Assembly (NCBI GenBank): GCA_964436975.1
Contig: CAYTET010000004.1
Location: 1 to 45,917, forward strand
Direction of reading: 5' to 3'
DNA: 45,917 nucleotides
Origin: an uncultured Erysipelotrichaceae bacterium
GTDB lineage: Bacteria > Bacillota_I > Bacilli_A > Erysipelotrichales > Erysipelotrichaceae
The position numbers and the translations under genes are program-made. Shown here piece by piece: positions 26,564 through 36,956 of this stretch. Within the stretch, counting starts at the first letter, position 1. Each line of letters begins with the position of its first letter. The notes under the pieces were generated by a model. That model worked only from the letters and a program-made list of their open reading frames with translations, did not search any database and was not told the DNA's origin.

Positions 26564-29044
26564 TTACAGCATCATCCGGTCTGAATGATGCCTGAATGAT
26601 TTTTCTCCGGAAAGCCATTTCATCATTTCATCAACAATCGCTGCTGAATCAAAGATGGTGACATAGCCTTCTATCATGGCCGCTTTCTTTTTCAGACTGG
26701 CGGCATGGGAACTGATAAAGATACGGGTCTGGCGGTGCAGATTGGCTTCCTGAATAAGATTCATGCCGGCACCGTCACCGTCAAAAGCTACCAAAACCGA
26801 CGGCCGCTGTCTGAAAATCTCATAATTAAGACTCTTGTACAGTCCCATCCCCGATGATTCCAAAGCCACCCGGACGGCCAGATCGGTGTTGCATATCTTC
26901 TTGATCTGGTCAGCACTGACCATGGACGGCACAAAAGAATATATTTCAAAGCGGCCCTTATTCTGCTCAAGCAGGTATTTCTCCGCTCCGGTCAGCCGGT
27001 AGCCGATGACAAAGAATATTTTCCGGGGATCGGCCTGCTGCAGAATGGCATCAATGATCAGCCGGTCCGATTGGCGAAGCGCCGTGAAATGACGATTGCT
27101 GTTATAGCTGCCGCCGGCAATTATGACCGGCAGACCGGTCGACGGCAGCGGTCTGATCTGCTTTTTAAAAGCCGGTCCGGCCGCAAACCGGGTCAGCGGA
27201 AACACGACAGCGGGGTCCTGCTCTTCCGCTTTAGCCAGCCGGCCAGCCAGAAGCTGGGTCAGGCTGGTATCCGCCAGCAGTCCGGCCATTTTCTTTTCCT
27301 TGCGCTCAAAATCCCGCCGGCTGACCGCAATTACCCGGTCCGCCGCCTTTTTCATCTGGATTATTTCCGCATCGCTCAGATCCAGCATTTTCTGCAGGGC
27401 CAGCTGTTCATCAATAGAATCCGTGCCGTACAGGCCGCCGCCATCCGTCCCCTGCACGCAGGGAATGCCGGCCGCCAGATACTGTTTAAGGGGGTGGCGC
27501 TTTAAAGAATTGAGATTATTAAGCCTGACATTGGAGGTAATCTGGAATTCCAGTATCACATGGTATTTCAGCAGATTAGCCAGCAGTCTTTGGCCCTTGG
27601 CTGTCGCAAGATTGGCGGTATAAAGACCATGGCCGATTCTCAGATGCGGCATTTTCTGACCCGGCTGCAGGCCGGCCGCCACGGCGTCAATGCTGCTGGC
27701 CACGTTGTCTTTGATGCTATCATTTTCGCCGGCATGAATGCGGATGACAAAGCCGGGGTCAGTGCCGGCTAAAGCCGTCAGACGGCTGATAACCGGCTGC
27801 AGATCTTTGATATCATTGATTTCTTCGCCGACGATATCGCAGCCGGCAATATACGGATCAATCATAACGGCCTGCAGGACCTGCAGATTCTGCTGGTAGT
27901 CAGCCCCGGTAATCTGATCTTTGACAATGGTCAAAGGAATCCGGCGCAAAGCGGCCAGAAAGCGCAGCCGCACTTTTGTCTCGGCATAGACGGCCGGCAT
28001 TACTTCATGGATCTGGCGCAGCGTTTCAAAGGCTCTTTCTTTGGCCACAAGGCTGGTATCGGAAATCTCGGCATAGACAATGCCGTGATCACGGTACATC
28101 CGTGCCGTCCACAGCAGAATGTCCTGATAGATCGTATTGCCGGCATAGGTTTGGCCCAGATGATCATCCAGTACGGCTTTTACTGTTCTAGCAATATCAC
28201 TGTCGGGTATCTGATCAATACTATGAAGTTTGATCCGGCGGCCCGCCGGCTTGCCTTTGGTAAAGACATAGCGGTACAGGTACACCTTTTCCAGATTGGT
28301 AAAAACCGCCTGGCCGTCTTTGATTACGGCCAGTGAAGTGCGGATGCGGGCAATATTGTAAGCGGCATTGGCTATATTATTCAGAATGAGATCCGCAAAA
28401 TTGATTCTGACGGCATCATCAATGTGACGGTCCCGGTGAGGATCAGACTGGCTGAGGTCCGTCATCCGTCCTGCGGCCAAACGGCGCTGTTTATTCAGTT
28501 TCCTGCTCTGGGCGGCGTTCAGCCGGAGGCCCAGTTTCTTGATATAGTACAGGGAGTATTCGATCTGATGACAGATGCCCAGGGCAATCAGGGTATCCGG
28601 TTCCAGATTGGCATTCATGTGGGTATGCAGATCCGCCCGGAATTTTTCCTCCTTGCGGATGAAAGTCTTGACGATGGTCTTTTCGTAAGGCAGCCGGTAA
28701 TCCTTGGTCTGGGACATCAAAGTCTTGGAAATGGCCGGAATATAGGCCTTTCTTTCAATAGTGCCGTCCGGATAAATATTGGCCACCTTGGTTTTGCCCA
28801 GATGAAAAATATAAACGGGTCTGTTGGCCGCATCCAGGTAGCATGGTATTGTGCCGGCGACAATTTTCATCCCGTCTTTAGCATAGCTCAGCGGCAGACT
28901 GAACATGACCGCCAGATTGGTAATCAGATTGCCGGTGCCGTGGTTAGGCGTCCGCAGAACATAGCTGAGCTGCTCTTTGGTCATGCTGAGGTCCACCACG
29001 ATATCTTTTTCCTTATCCAGATAGAAGCGGGCAAAGTGTTTCAC
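26564..29044 (-). CDS. Large (826-aa) adenosine/AMP-deaminase-family metallohydrolase with unknown N-terminal (about 135 aa) and Rossmann-like C-terminal (about 270 aa) extensions
   Basis: ADA signature residues in order: DLHTHM (HxH), RIHAGEN (HAGE), RIGHG, CVQGTDGGG (Asp); C-terminal segment PVIIAGGSYNS...IFFVIGYRLTGAEKYLLEQ looks like a nucleotide-binding Rossmann/SLOG-like fold. Confidence 0.55.
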   Translation of the reverse strand: MKHFARFYLDKEKDIVVDLSMTKEQLSYVLRTPNHGTGNLITNLAVMFSLPLSYAKDGMKIVAGTIPCYLDAANRPVYIFHLGKTKVANIYPDGTIERKAYIPAISKTLMSQTKDYRLPYEKTIVKTFIRKEEKFRADLHTHMNANLEPDTLIALGICHQIEYSLYYIKKLGLRLNAAQSRKLNKQRRLAAGRMTDLSQSDPHRDRHIDDAVRINFADLILNNIANAAYNIARIRTSLAVIKDGQAVFTNLEKVYLYRYVFTKGKPAGRRIKLHSIDQIPDSDIARTVKAVLDDHLGQTYAGNTIYQDILLWTARMYRDHGIVYAEISDTSLVAKERAFETLRQIHEVMPAVYAETKVRLRFLAALRRIPLTIVKDQITGADYQQNLQVLQAVMIDPYIAGCDIVGEEINDIKDLQPVISRLTALAGTDPGFVIRIHAGENDSIKDNVASSIDAVAAGLQPGQKMPHLRIGHGLYTANLATAKGQRLLANLLKYHVILEFQITSNVRLNNLNSLKRHPLKQYLAAGIPCVQGTDGGGLYGTDSIDEQLALQKMLDLSDAEIIQMKKAADRVIAVSRRDFERKEKKMAGLLADTSLTQLLAGRLAKAEEQDPAVVFPLTRFAAGPAFKKQIRPLPSTGLPVIIAGGSYNSNRHFTALRQSDRLIIDAILQQADPRKIFFVIGYRLTGAEKYLLEQNKGRFEIYSFVPSMVSADQIKKICNTDLAVRVALESSGMGLYKSLNYEIFRQRPSVLVAFDGDGAGMNLIQEANLHRQTRIFISSHAASLKKKAAMIEGYVTIFDSAAIVDEMMKWLSGEKSFRHHSDRMML

Positions 29045-29211
29045 GGCCAGTCTCCTTTGGCTATTATATTAGCACCAGTTGACCCCCGGACGACACAATG
29101 AACCAAAAATATTGGCCGTCTTACAATAAAGCCGCCTGAAATCTCCCCTTTTACAGTCGATTTGAGTATACTTAACTGAGCATGTATTTTCGATCCGGAG
29201 GCGGATAAACT

Positions 29212-30288
29212 ATGCTGGCTCAGCTGCTGCTGGAAAACTTTACTACCCTTTGTCTGCTGGTCGGCCTCGGCATCATTGCCACGACCAACAAAAATCTTGA
29301 CGAGCGGACCAATAACAGCTTTATTGCTTTTATCTGGCTGGTTGTGCTGCTGACAGCGGCCGACATGGCCGATTCCTACCTGGCCAAACTGACTTATCCG
29401 ACAGTATGGCGCTATCTGACCTCGGCGGCCGGCTACACCATCAGGCCGGCTTCGCTGATGCTGTTCATCAGCATTCTGCTGCGGCGCAAGAGAACAAATA
29501 TGTTGTTATGGCTGCCGGTGCTGATTCTGGGACTGATTGCCTTTAGCAGTTATTTTACCCACCTGATGTTCTGGTTTGATGCCGGCAACGATTTTGTCCG
29601 CGGGCCGTTGGGCTTTCTTTCCCATATCCTAAGCGGAGCTTATCTGGCGGCCCTGGTTTTTCTGACCCTCAAGATGCACCGCCACATCACTGCCGGGGAG
29701 ATCTTTACCGTTCTTTATGTAGCCGGTATCTGCGTGCTGGCTACGTATCTGGAAAGCGTGCTTTCCGACTGCAAGTTTTTATTGAATGGCGCTATGGCTG
29801 TTTCCTGTGCCCTGTATTATGTGGTCCTGTATATTGAAACATACCGGCGCGATCCGCTGACCGGACTGATGAACCGGCGCAGTTTTTACCTGGAGGCCCG
29901 CAGGCGGCACAATCAGTCACTGGCTGTCATCTCCATCGATATGAACTGTCTTAAGGAAATCAATGACAGCCAGGGCCACAGCCACGGTGATGATGCCCTG
30001 CAGAAAGTAGCCAATGTTCTGTTGGACAACAGCGGCCGGCTGTTTTATCCCTGCCGGATCGGCGGCGATGAATTCATGGTGCTGGGCCGCCAGCAGAATG
30101 AAAGTTTGGTCAATGGGTTTATTGAAACTGTCCGCCGGGCGCTGGCTGAAAGCGGCCTGACAGCTTCTATCGGCTGGGCTTTCTATTCACCCGGCGACTG
30201 TTTTGATGATGTCTGCATCAAGGCTGACAGTCTGATGTATGCCGACAAGAAAAATTACCGGCACCGGCAGAATCAGCGCCTTAGCTGA
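29212..30288 (+). CDS. Membrane-bound diguanylate cyclase (multi-TM sensor plus GGDEF)
   Basis: GLMNRRSFYLEARRR...ISIDMNCLKEINDSQGH...CRIGGDEFMVLG. Confidence 0.85.
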   Translation: MLAQLLLENFTTLCLLVGLGIIATTNKNLDERTNNSFIAFIWLVVLLTAADMADSYLAKLTYPTVWRYLTSAAGYTIRPASLMLFISILLRRKRTNMLLWLPVLILGLIAFSSYFTHLMFWFDAGNDFVRGPLGFLSHILSGAYLAALVFLTLKMHRHITAGEIFTVLYVAGICVLATYLESVLSDCKFLLNGAMAVSCALYYVVLYIETYRRDPLTGLMNRRSFYLEARRRHNQSLAVISIDMNCLKEINDSQGHSHGDDALQKVANVLLDNSGRLFYPCRIGGDEFMVLGRQQNESLVNGFIETVRRALAESGLTASIGWAFYSPGDCFDDVCIKADSLMYADKKNYRHRQNQRLS

Positions 30289-30311
30289 CAGTCCGGCTTT
30301 ATTGTCAGGTT

Positions 30312-30340
30312 AAAAAAGGCAGGTCCGCAGGATCTGCCTT
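30312..30340 (-). terminator. Rho-independent terminator for the minus-strand 93-aa ORF (bidirectional with the GGDEF gene)
   Basis: AAGGCAG-gtccgcaggat-CTGCCTT, with a U6 run on the minus strand (30312-30317). Confidence 0.5.
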
Positions 30341-30365
30341 CTGTCAGTCAAATAATGGACAGCGG

Positions 30366-30647
30366 TCAGCTGATGGTCCGCCACGGCTCCGGTTCAACAA
30401 TTTCATAGCTGACATTGCCCGGCTTGCCGTCAGCCCGCAGTCCTTTTTCATTCATCGGATAAGTCCAATACCTGACCCGGCCGTTGCGCTCGCTTTTCTG
30501 ACGGGCATCCGTGCCGGCGATTATTCTTTCACAGCAGTCCATCACATTATCCAGCAGTTCTTTAGGTGATTCATAGCCGGTGTGCGACCGGATGATGTAA
30601 TCGTATTGGTCCTCAATGGACTCATACCTGCAGAAACTGCCCGACAA
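30366..30647 (-). CDS. Hypothetical small protein (93 aa; TTG start, weak RBS)
   Basis: ORF with a strong downstream terminator but no convincing Shine-Dalgarno; no recognisable domain. Confidence 0.3.
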   Translation of the reverse strand: MSGSFCRYESIEDQYDYIIRSHTGYESPKELLDNVMDCCERIIAGTDARQKSERNGRVRYWTYPMNEKGLRADGKPGNVSYEIVEPEPWRTIS

Positions 30648-30721
30648 ACAAAGGGATGGCGAATAATAGAAGGACCCTCCAGATCGATCCTTCCGTCAGA
30701 TTAATTTTTCGATTCATAAAA

Positions 30722-30763
30722 GCCTCTTTCTTACACTTTCAATTTTAAGCGTAAGAAAGAGGC
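30722..30763 (-). terminator. Rho-independent terminator of the downstream MATE gene
   Basis: 13-bp perfect stem GCCTCTTTCTTAC / GTAAGAAAGAGGC with a 16-nt loop, followed on the minus strand by UUUUAU. Confidence 0.55.
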
Positions 30764-30813
30764 GACATTGTTTCATAATGTTCTCTATTATATTAACGAT
30801 TGTGAAAAAATCA

Positions 30814-32271
30814 TCATTGAATCAGCCCACTGGCCGGCTGTTTTATTTCTGCTTCTGCTGCCAAGCCCTGTTTGGCCTGCGCCCTGCCGAGCTGACGGAA
30901 AGTCGCCGCAATGAGAACGGCCGTGACCGCAAAAGTCAGCAGATCGGCGGCCGGAAAAGAGAACAGCACGCCGTCAAGGCCCCAGAAACGCGGCAGCAGC
31001 AGCGCTAAGCCGACCCCCAGCACGATTTCCCGCAGCAGGGAGATAACGGTTGATGAAACAGCATGGCCGATGGATTGCAGATAGATGAACGTTCCCTTGT
31101 TGACTGTTGCCACCGGCAGCAGGCAGAGGTAGATCCGGAAACATCTGACCGCAAAAGCCGTATAATAGCTGCTTTCATTGGCAGCCCCGAAAATATCAAT
31201 AAGCTGATAGGGCAGAAACTCGGCAATCAGCAGCGCCCCGGTTCCTACGGCCGCTTCAACGGCCAATAGAATTGAAAACATCCGGCGGGCCCGGTCATAC
31301 CGGCCGGCTCCGACGTTATACCCTACTACCGGGATGCAGCCGGCAGCTGTCCCGACCGCTATGGAAATGACCACCTGGAAAAACTTCATGACAATGCCGA
31401 TCACCGCCATCGGTATATGAGTGTATTCAGCCTGACCGAAGACCGGATCAAGGCGGGAATATATGCTGACCATGTTATTGACCGCGGCCATGGAAAATAC
31501 CAGTGAAATCTGGGAAAGAAAACTGGTCATGCCCAGCGGCAGATACTGCCTGATCAGCCCGCCGGCCAGATGGAAATCCGACCGCTGCAGCTTTACGGCC
31601 TTCATGCGGAACAGATAGGCGGCGGACAAAACGGCCGTGATGATCTGGCCTATCACCGTCGCCAGAGCCGCTCCGCTCATGCCCCAGCGGAAAACATAGA
31701 TGAAAAGCGGATCCAGAATAATATTGGCCGCTGCTCCGGCCAGCGTAGCCGCCATGGCATATTTCGGACTGCCGTCCGAACGGATGATGGGATTAAGGGC
31801 CTGGCCGAACATGTAAAACGGAATGCCGACTGTAATCCAGAAAAAATACTGCTGGGAAAACAGATAAGTCTGCTCATTGACTGTCCCGCCAAAAAGAGCC
31901 AGCAGCTGTGAAGATGTCAGCAGATACACGGCTGTAATCACCAGACTGGCCGCAACCGTTATGACAACGGCACTGCCGATGCTGCCGGCCGCCTTATCCT
32001 TCTGTTGACGGCCCAGACTGAGACTGACAAAAGAGCAGCAGCCGTCCCCGATCATTACCGCCACCGCCAGCGTGACTATTGTTAAAGGATAGACGACCGT
32101 ATTGGCCGCATTGCCGTAAGAACCCAGATAGGCAGCATTGGCAATAAAAATCTGGTCAACGATATTGTACAGTGATGCCACCAGCAGTGAAATAATGCAT
32201 GGTATGGCATACTGGCGCATCAGCCGCCCTACTTTCTCGGTTTCCAGAAATGAATTTGTTTTTTGATCCAT
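30814..32271 (-). CDS. MATE family efflux transporter
   Basis: 485 aa, 12 TM, MATE-like composition. Confidence 0.8.
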   Translation of the reverse strand: MDQKTNSFLETEKVGRLMRQYAIPCIISLLVASLYNIVDQIFIANAAYLGSYGNAANTVVYPLTIVTLAVAVMIGDGCCSFVSLSLGRQQKDKAAGSIGSAVVITVAASLVITAVYLLTSSQLLALFGGTVNEQTYLFSQQYFFWITVGIPFYMFGQALNPIIRSDGSPKYAMAATLAGAAANIILDPLFIYVFRWGMSGAALATVIGQIITAVLSAAYLFRMKAVKLQRSDFHLAGGLIRQYLPLGMTSFLSQISLVFSMAAVNNMVSIYSRLDPVFGQAEYTHIPMAVIGIVMKFFQVVISIAVGTAAGCIPVVGYNVGAGRYDRARRMFSILLAVEAAVGTGALLIAEFLPYQLIDIFGAANESSYYTAFAVRCFRIYLCLLPVATVNKGTFIYLQSIGHAVSSTVISLLREIVLGVGLALLLPRFWGLDGVLFSFPAADLLTFAVTAVLIAATFRQLGRAQAKQGLAAEAEIKQPASGLIQ

Positions 32272-32533
32272 AAGTTAAAGAACCTCCCTGATCAGCTATT
32301 CCTTCACCTCCCGCTGATCGTCTGAATAAAAAAACGATACCAGGGCCGGTGTCTGTATCGTATCAGATGGCAGTGCGGCGCCTCTTGTATCGTTTCGGAA
32401 TATTATGCCCTCAATTATTAACACGGATTGCGCCGTATTTCAAACTTTTTTTATTGCCTGGGAAATGATATTGAAAAGCGGCGAACCGTCTTTGGCCGGT
32501 TTGCCGCCTGTCAGTCAATAAATGAAGAAAACG

Positions 32534-33928
32534 CTATTCGCACACTTTGCCCGGATTAAGGATGTTCAGGGGGTCAAATGCCTTCTTGATGCCTTTCATC
32601 AGTTCAATCTGACCGGCTCCCAGCGAATCGTGCAGGTATTCTTTCTTGGCAAAGCCGATGCCATGTTCGCCGCTGACCTGCCCGCCGGCCTGCCGGGCCC
32701 GGCTGTACAGATCCTTGAAGACGGCCGCCAGTTTGTCCTGCCATTCCTTTTCGGCCAGATTATCCCGGCAGATGTATATATGCAGGTTGCCGTCACCGGC
32801 ATGGCCGAAACTGGGAATGCGGATATTATATTGATCGGCCAGCTGGCGGGTGTACTGAATGAAATCGGCAATAGCCCGGCGCGGCACAACGACATCACAT
32901 TCATCCATCTCGGTAGTCGATGCCTTGATGGCTTCCAAAAAAGCGCCGCGCGCCGTCCAGACGGAAGCCTTGCGCTCATCCGTATCAACGGTATAGACAT
33001 CGATGGCTCCAGAATCCAGACAGAGCTGGGACAGCCTGTCGCAGGCATCACTGACGGCTCTTTCATCACTGCCGTCCGCCGTCAGCAGCAGATAGGCCGG
33101 ATGGCTGCTGTCGGGAAATTTCTTGCCCAGATAGTCTTCCGCAAACAGAATTGTCTCCCGGCTGAAGTATTCAACCGCTGTCGGATTATAGCCGCTGCGG
33201 ATAATCAGCGGCACTGTCTGCAGCGCTGATTCCATGTCGGCAAACGGCACCAGCAGACTGACGGTCAGTTTGGGAAGCGGCACCAGTTTCAGCACCGCTT
33301 CGGTAATTATGGCCAGGGTTCCTTCCGAACCGATGATCAGATCTTTCAGCGCATAGCCGGAGCTGTTCTTAACGACCTTGCCGCCCAGCTGCTCCACTGA
33401 TCCGTCCGCCAGAACCACGGTCAGACCGCGGACATAATCACGGGTCACGCCATATTTGACGGCCCGCATGCCGCCGGCATTGGTGGCGATGTTGCCGCCG
33501 ATGGTCGCACTCTTTTCCCCCGGATCAGGCGGATACATAAAGCCGCTGGCTTCCGCATAGGCCGCAATGTCCATCAGCAGAACCCCGGGCTGAACCGTCA
33601 GGGTCAGATTATCCCGGTCCAGTTCAATTATTTTATTCATGCCGGCCGTTTCCAGCATAATACCGCCGTCTATCGCAACTGCCGCGCCGACCAGGCCGGT
33701 TCCGGAACCCCGAACTACCACCGGCAGAATGCGGGCGGTCGCATATTTCATGACCGCCGCCACTTCTTCGATTGTCTTTACCTTAACCAGGACATCGGGC
33801 ATATGGCGGATCCCGTTCATCTCATCATGGCTGTAATCGTCACTGATCCGGTCAAACTCGATAACGCGTTTTTCAGCCGTCAGCTGCCGCAGCTGGCTGA
33901 CATCTGCTTCTGTAACTTTGTTATACAT
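32534..33928 (-). CDS. lctD: FAD-dependent lactate dehydrogenase (GlcD/LctD-like FAD-linked oxidase)
   Basis: FAD-binding PCMH-type N-terminus ([15 protein letters not shown]) and FAD-oxidase C-terminal domain; translationally coupled (8-bp overlap) to EtfA-EtfB genes, as in LctBCD clusters. Confidence 0.75.
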   Translation of the reverse strand: MYNKVTEADVSQLRQLTAEKRVIEFDRISDDYSHDEMNGIRHMPDVLVKVKTIEEVAAVMKYATARILPVVVRGSGTGLVGAAVAIDGGIMLETAGMNKIIELDRDNLTLTVQPGVLLMDIAAYAEASGFMYPPDPGEKSATIGGNIATNAGGMRAVKYGVTRDYVRGLTVVLADGSVEQLGGKVVKNSSGYALKDLIIGSEGTLAIITEAVLKLVPLPKLTVSLLVPFADMESALQTVPLIIRSGYNPTAVEYFSRETILFAEDYLGKKFPDSSHPAYLLLTADGSDERAVSDACDRLSQLCLDSGAIDVYTVDTDERKASVWTARGAFLEAIKASTTEMDECDVVVPRRAIADFIQYTRQLADQYNIRIPSFGHAGDGNLHIYICRDNLAEKEWQDKLAAVFKDLYSRARQAGGQVSGEHGIGFAKKEYLHDSLGAGQIELMKGIKKAFDPLNILNPGKVCE

Positions 33929-35114
33929 TCTTCTGACCTCCCTGGATCCGGGCTATTAAAGCCGGGACAATCTCGTAGATGTCGCCGACAATGCCGTAAT
34001 GGGCCACATCAAAGATAGGAGCCGCTTCATCCTCGTTAATGGCAATGATCAGTTCCGAACTGCGCATGCCGGCCGCAAACTGCACCGCCCCGGAAATGCC
34101 CAGGGTGATGATGATTTTAGCATTGACCGTCCGGCCCGACAGACCGATCTGCCGGCGGGCATCAAACCAGCCGGCTTCCACCAATGGACGGCTGCAGGCC
34201 AGCTGGGCCCCGAGCAGATCAGCCAGCGTCTGCACCATGGCAATGTCATTTTTGTTCTTTAAGCCGCGCCCGACGGCGATGATGGTCTTGGCTTCGGAAA
34301 TATCGATGACTTTGGGCTTGGCAATAATCTCTTTCAGGGAGATGACACTGGTTAATTCGGCCGGGTCAAGAGTCATGGGCACAATGCGGCCGGCCGGCTC
34401 AGTGCGGGCGGCGCTGTCAAATGTCTTATAGCGGACCGTGCACATCTGCGGCCGACTGGCCGGAGTTATGATCTGGGCCATGACATTGCCGCCAAAAGCC
34501 GGTCTTATCTGAACAAGATCAGAATCCGGCTTCATTTCCAGCCGGGTGCAGTCAGCCGTCAGACCGGTATGAAAGCGGGCGGCCAGCCGCGGGGCCAGAC
34601 TGCGGCCGATATTGGTAGCCCCGACTAAAATTGATGAGGGCTTTACTTTTGTTATAAAGTCGCTGAATGCCGCTGTATAAGTATCCATCCTGAAATCATC
34701 CAGGGCCGGATCATCATAGACATAAACAGCATCAGCCCCGTATTCCAGCAATGTTTCAGCCAGCGGCTTGATGCGGCAGCCGATTAAAACGGCATAAACC
34801 TTTTCACCGGTAACACCAGCCAGCTGGCGGGCCTTGCCGAGCAGTTCCAGAGTTACATTGTGCAGCTGGCCGCGGTTATACTCGCCAAAAACCGCAATGC
34901 CCTTCCAGAAACTCTTATCAACATCCGCCCGGGGGGCCGGCTGATAGGTAACAGCTCCCGCCGGGCCTTTGCGGACACACATCTGACACATTTTGCAGCC
35001 GGCACCGATGCTGATGACAGACCCCTGCCGGCTGATGGCGCCGAAGGGACACAGTTCTACTAATTGCGCGGCAGCCTGTTCATTGATCTTCTCCTGGTGA
35101 ATTTGCAGTCCCAT
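33921..35114 (-). CDS. lctC: Electron transfer flavoprotein alpha subunit with N-terminal ferredoxin-like domain (LctC-like); start set to the internal ATG with a GGGGAG RBS rather than the 35162 ORF start
   Basis: EtfA FAD-binding domain; N-terminal Fd-like segment [10 protein letters not shown]...[12 protein letters not shown]. Confidence 0.8.
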   Translation of the reverse strand: MGLQIHQEKINEQAAAQLVELCPFGAISRQGSVISIGAGCKMCQMCVRKGPAGAVTYQPAPRADVDKSFWKGIAVFGEYNRGQLHNVTLELLGKARQLAGVTGEKVYAVLIGCRIKPLAETLLEYGADAVYVYDDPALDDFRMDTYTAAFSDFITKVKPSSILVGATNIGRSLAPRLAARFHTGLTADCTRLEMKPDSDLVQIRPAFGGNVMAQIITPASRPQMCTVRYKTFDSAARTEPAGRIVPMTLDPAELTSVISLKEIIAKPKVIDISEAKTIIAVGRGLKNKNDIAMVQTLADLLGAQLACSRPLVEAGWFDARRQIGLSGRTVNAKIIITLGISGAVQFAAGMRSSELIIAINEDEAAPIFDVAHYGIVGDIYEIVPALIARIQGGQKNV

Positions 35115-35118
35115 GTTC

Positions 35119-35919
35119 TTACTCCCCGGTCCTGATGGCCTTCTGGCGAACCAGCAGATCATAAAGCCGGCCGGTCAGCTGTTCAGCGCTGCCCTGCCAC
35201 ATTGTCTTCTCTTCGTTTTTATCAGGCGCAAAGATTCTTTCAACCTGGGTGGCCGAGCCGGCCAGACCGTAATGCTGCTCATCTTTGTCGGCCAGATCAT
35301 CCAAAGTCATTGTCCTGATGCTTCCGCTGCCGGTTTCCAGTTTCCTTCGGTAGGAAGGCAGCCGGGGCGAGTTGATGTCGCCGTCGGTGCACAAAAGGCA
35401 GGGCAGCGGCATGCTCTGGGTAACAATTTCATGCTCCTGGTTTAATCTGACGGTTATTTCAGAAGGCGTTATTTCCGTTATGGCGGTAACATTGCAGGCA
35501 TGGACCAGTTTCATTGTCTCGGCCATTTCCGCGCCGACCTGGGCCGTATCGCCATCGGTTGTCTGCTTGCCGCAGATGATAAGATCAAAATCCCCGAGGG
35601 CTTTGATAGCCTGGGCCAGCGTATAAGATGTTGCCAGAACATCGGCGCCGCCCAGCCGGCGGTCAGATATCAGCACGCCGTCATCGGCCCCCATGTAAAT
35701 GGCTTCCCTTATGGTTTCTTCCGCCTGGCCCGGTCCCATCGATACTACCGTTAAACTGGCCTGACAGCGCTGTTTCAGCTGCAGACCGGCTTCCAGGGCA
35801 TACAGATCATAGGGATTCATCTTGCCCTTGATGCCGCTGCGTTTCAAAACACCGGTTACCGGATCGATATCGACCTTGCTGGTGCTGGGCACCTGTTTGA
35901 TACAGACAATTATTTTCAT
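35119..35919 (-). CDS. lctB: Electron transfer flavoprotein beta subunit (LctB-like)
   Basis: MKIIVCIKQVPSTSKVDIDPVTGVLKRSG is a canonical EtfB N-terminus. Confidence 0.85.
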   Translation of the reverse strand: MKIIVCIKQVPSTSKVDIDPVTGVLKRSGIKGKMNPYDLYALEAGLQLKQRCQASLTVVSMGPGQAEETIREAIYMGADDGVLISDRRLGGADVLATSYTLAQAIKALGDFDLIICGKQTTDGDTAQVGAEMAETMKLVHACNVTAITEITPSEITVRLNQEHEIVTQSMPLPCLLCTDGDINSPRLPSYRRKLETGSGSIRTMTLDDLADKDEQHYGLAGSATQVERIFAPDKNEEKTMWQGSAEQLTGRLYDLLVRQKAIRTGE

Positions 35920-35972
35920 GGTTTCCTTTACCGGTAGCTGCAGCCGGCTCCTTCCCCCTCTGACAATTCCAA

Positions 35973-36614
35973 TCAGTTAAACTGCTGGGCAAAACCTCTT
36001 ACGCCGTCTTCCAGCCCCTCAATCATATTGCAGGTCAGAATATCGCTCATTGCTGACTCATTTTCAGAAGACAGTGCATCGATTTTCCATTCATTATCTT
36101 TCTTCACACAGTCCAAAACAATATCCTTGGTCAGAGTTCCGACAGTCTCTGACCCACACTTTTCGGCAAATATTTCTTTGAAAAGCTGGCCGTACTGTTC
36201 CTCGGTATAAGCAGTGCCGCTTGTTTCTATAGTCAGTGCCTTGGTTAGATATTCCTTTATGGAGGCCTCTAAGACATCGCTGATGTCGCAGTATTCAACA
36301 TGCACCGCAACAGTAGCGCTGTCTCCGTCAATCTTTGTTTCCCCGATGGTATATTTCATCTTAGCTATGCTGTCTTTGAGATAGTTATATATCGTAGTTG
36401 CCAGATCGTTTTGTGATAATTCAGTTAAGTTGCTTTCAACAAGATCTTCAATGTCGGATGTGCCGTCAGCCATGCAGTCATTAACACTTACATAGTCAAG
36501 AGCGGTCATGGCTTTCAGATACTTGTCAGCAATTTTCTGCGGCCCGGAGGTCCCGCAGCCGGCCACAGCGAAAACTAAACAGAGAATGGTCAATGCTTTA
36601 AATAGTTTTTTCAT
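35973..36614 (-). CDS. Lipoprotein, unknown function (start at ATG with RBS; lipobox LVFAVAGC)
   Basis: MKKLFKALTILCLVFAVAGCGTSG is a signal peptide with lipobox cysteine; RBS AAGGAAAGGG. Confidence 0.6.
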   Translation of the reverse strand: MKKLFKALTILCLVFAVAGCGTSGPQKIADKYLKAMTALDYVSVNDCMADGTSDIEDLVESNLTELSQNDLATTIYNYLKDSIAKMKYTIGETKIDGDSATVAVHVEYCDISDVLEASIKEYLTKALTIETSGTAYTEEQYGQLFKEIFAEKCGSETVGTLTKDIVLDCVKKDNEWKIDALSSENESAMSDILTCNMIEGLEDGVRGFAQQFN

Positions 36615-36745
36615 GATTTGCCCTTTCCTTTTCTGGAACAGAATCACATCAGGATTCTTTTATACACTATACCATATTCCTGATTTCATTTAACAGCCGG
36701 CTATAAGAAAAGACGGCCTGCTGACCGTCCTGATAAAAGACATAT

Positions 36746-36937
36746 TTACTTGGTGCTTTCTTTAATTCTCTTTTTAGCTTCGGCCACCGTCTCGCCTTCT
36801 TTAGTCAGATAGCGGTCAACAAAGCCGTCTTCGATTTTTGTGTATGCTTCGACCACGGTGTCCTGGATGCGATTGTAGCCCTCCACCGCTTTATCAGCAA
36901 TCTTCTCATTGACGGCGACCAGTTTTGATTTAGCCAT
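36746..36937 (-). CDS. Small hydrophilic protein (63 aa), unknown function
   Basis: RBS AAAGAGG; Lys/Glu-rich helical protein immediately downstream of the membrane protein. Confidence 0.45.
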   Translation of the reverse strand: MAKSKLVAVNEKIADKAVEGYNRIQDTVVEAYTKIEDGFVDRYLTKEGETVAEAKKRIKESTK

Positions 36938-36956
36938 TTTTATTTACCTCTTTCTT

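Noticed and set aside
32522-33229. 235-aa plus-strand ORF overlapping lctD
   Set aside because: Opposite the FAD-LDH gene that is translationally coupled to etfAB. No RBS; Ala/Gly/Arg-rich, typical of an antisense GC-rich frame.
35119-35162. 44-bp overlap of etfA with etfB implied by the ORF-table start at 35162
   Set aside because: An internal ATG at 35114 has a strong GGGGAG RBS and gives a conventional N-terminus (MGLQIHQEK...), leaving a 4-nt intergenic gap. The longer start is probably not used.
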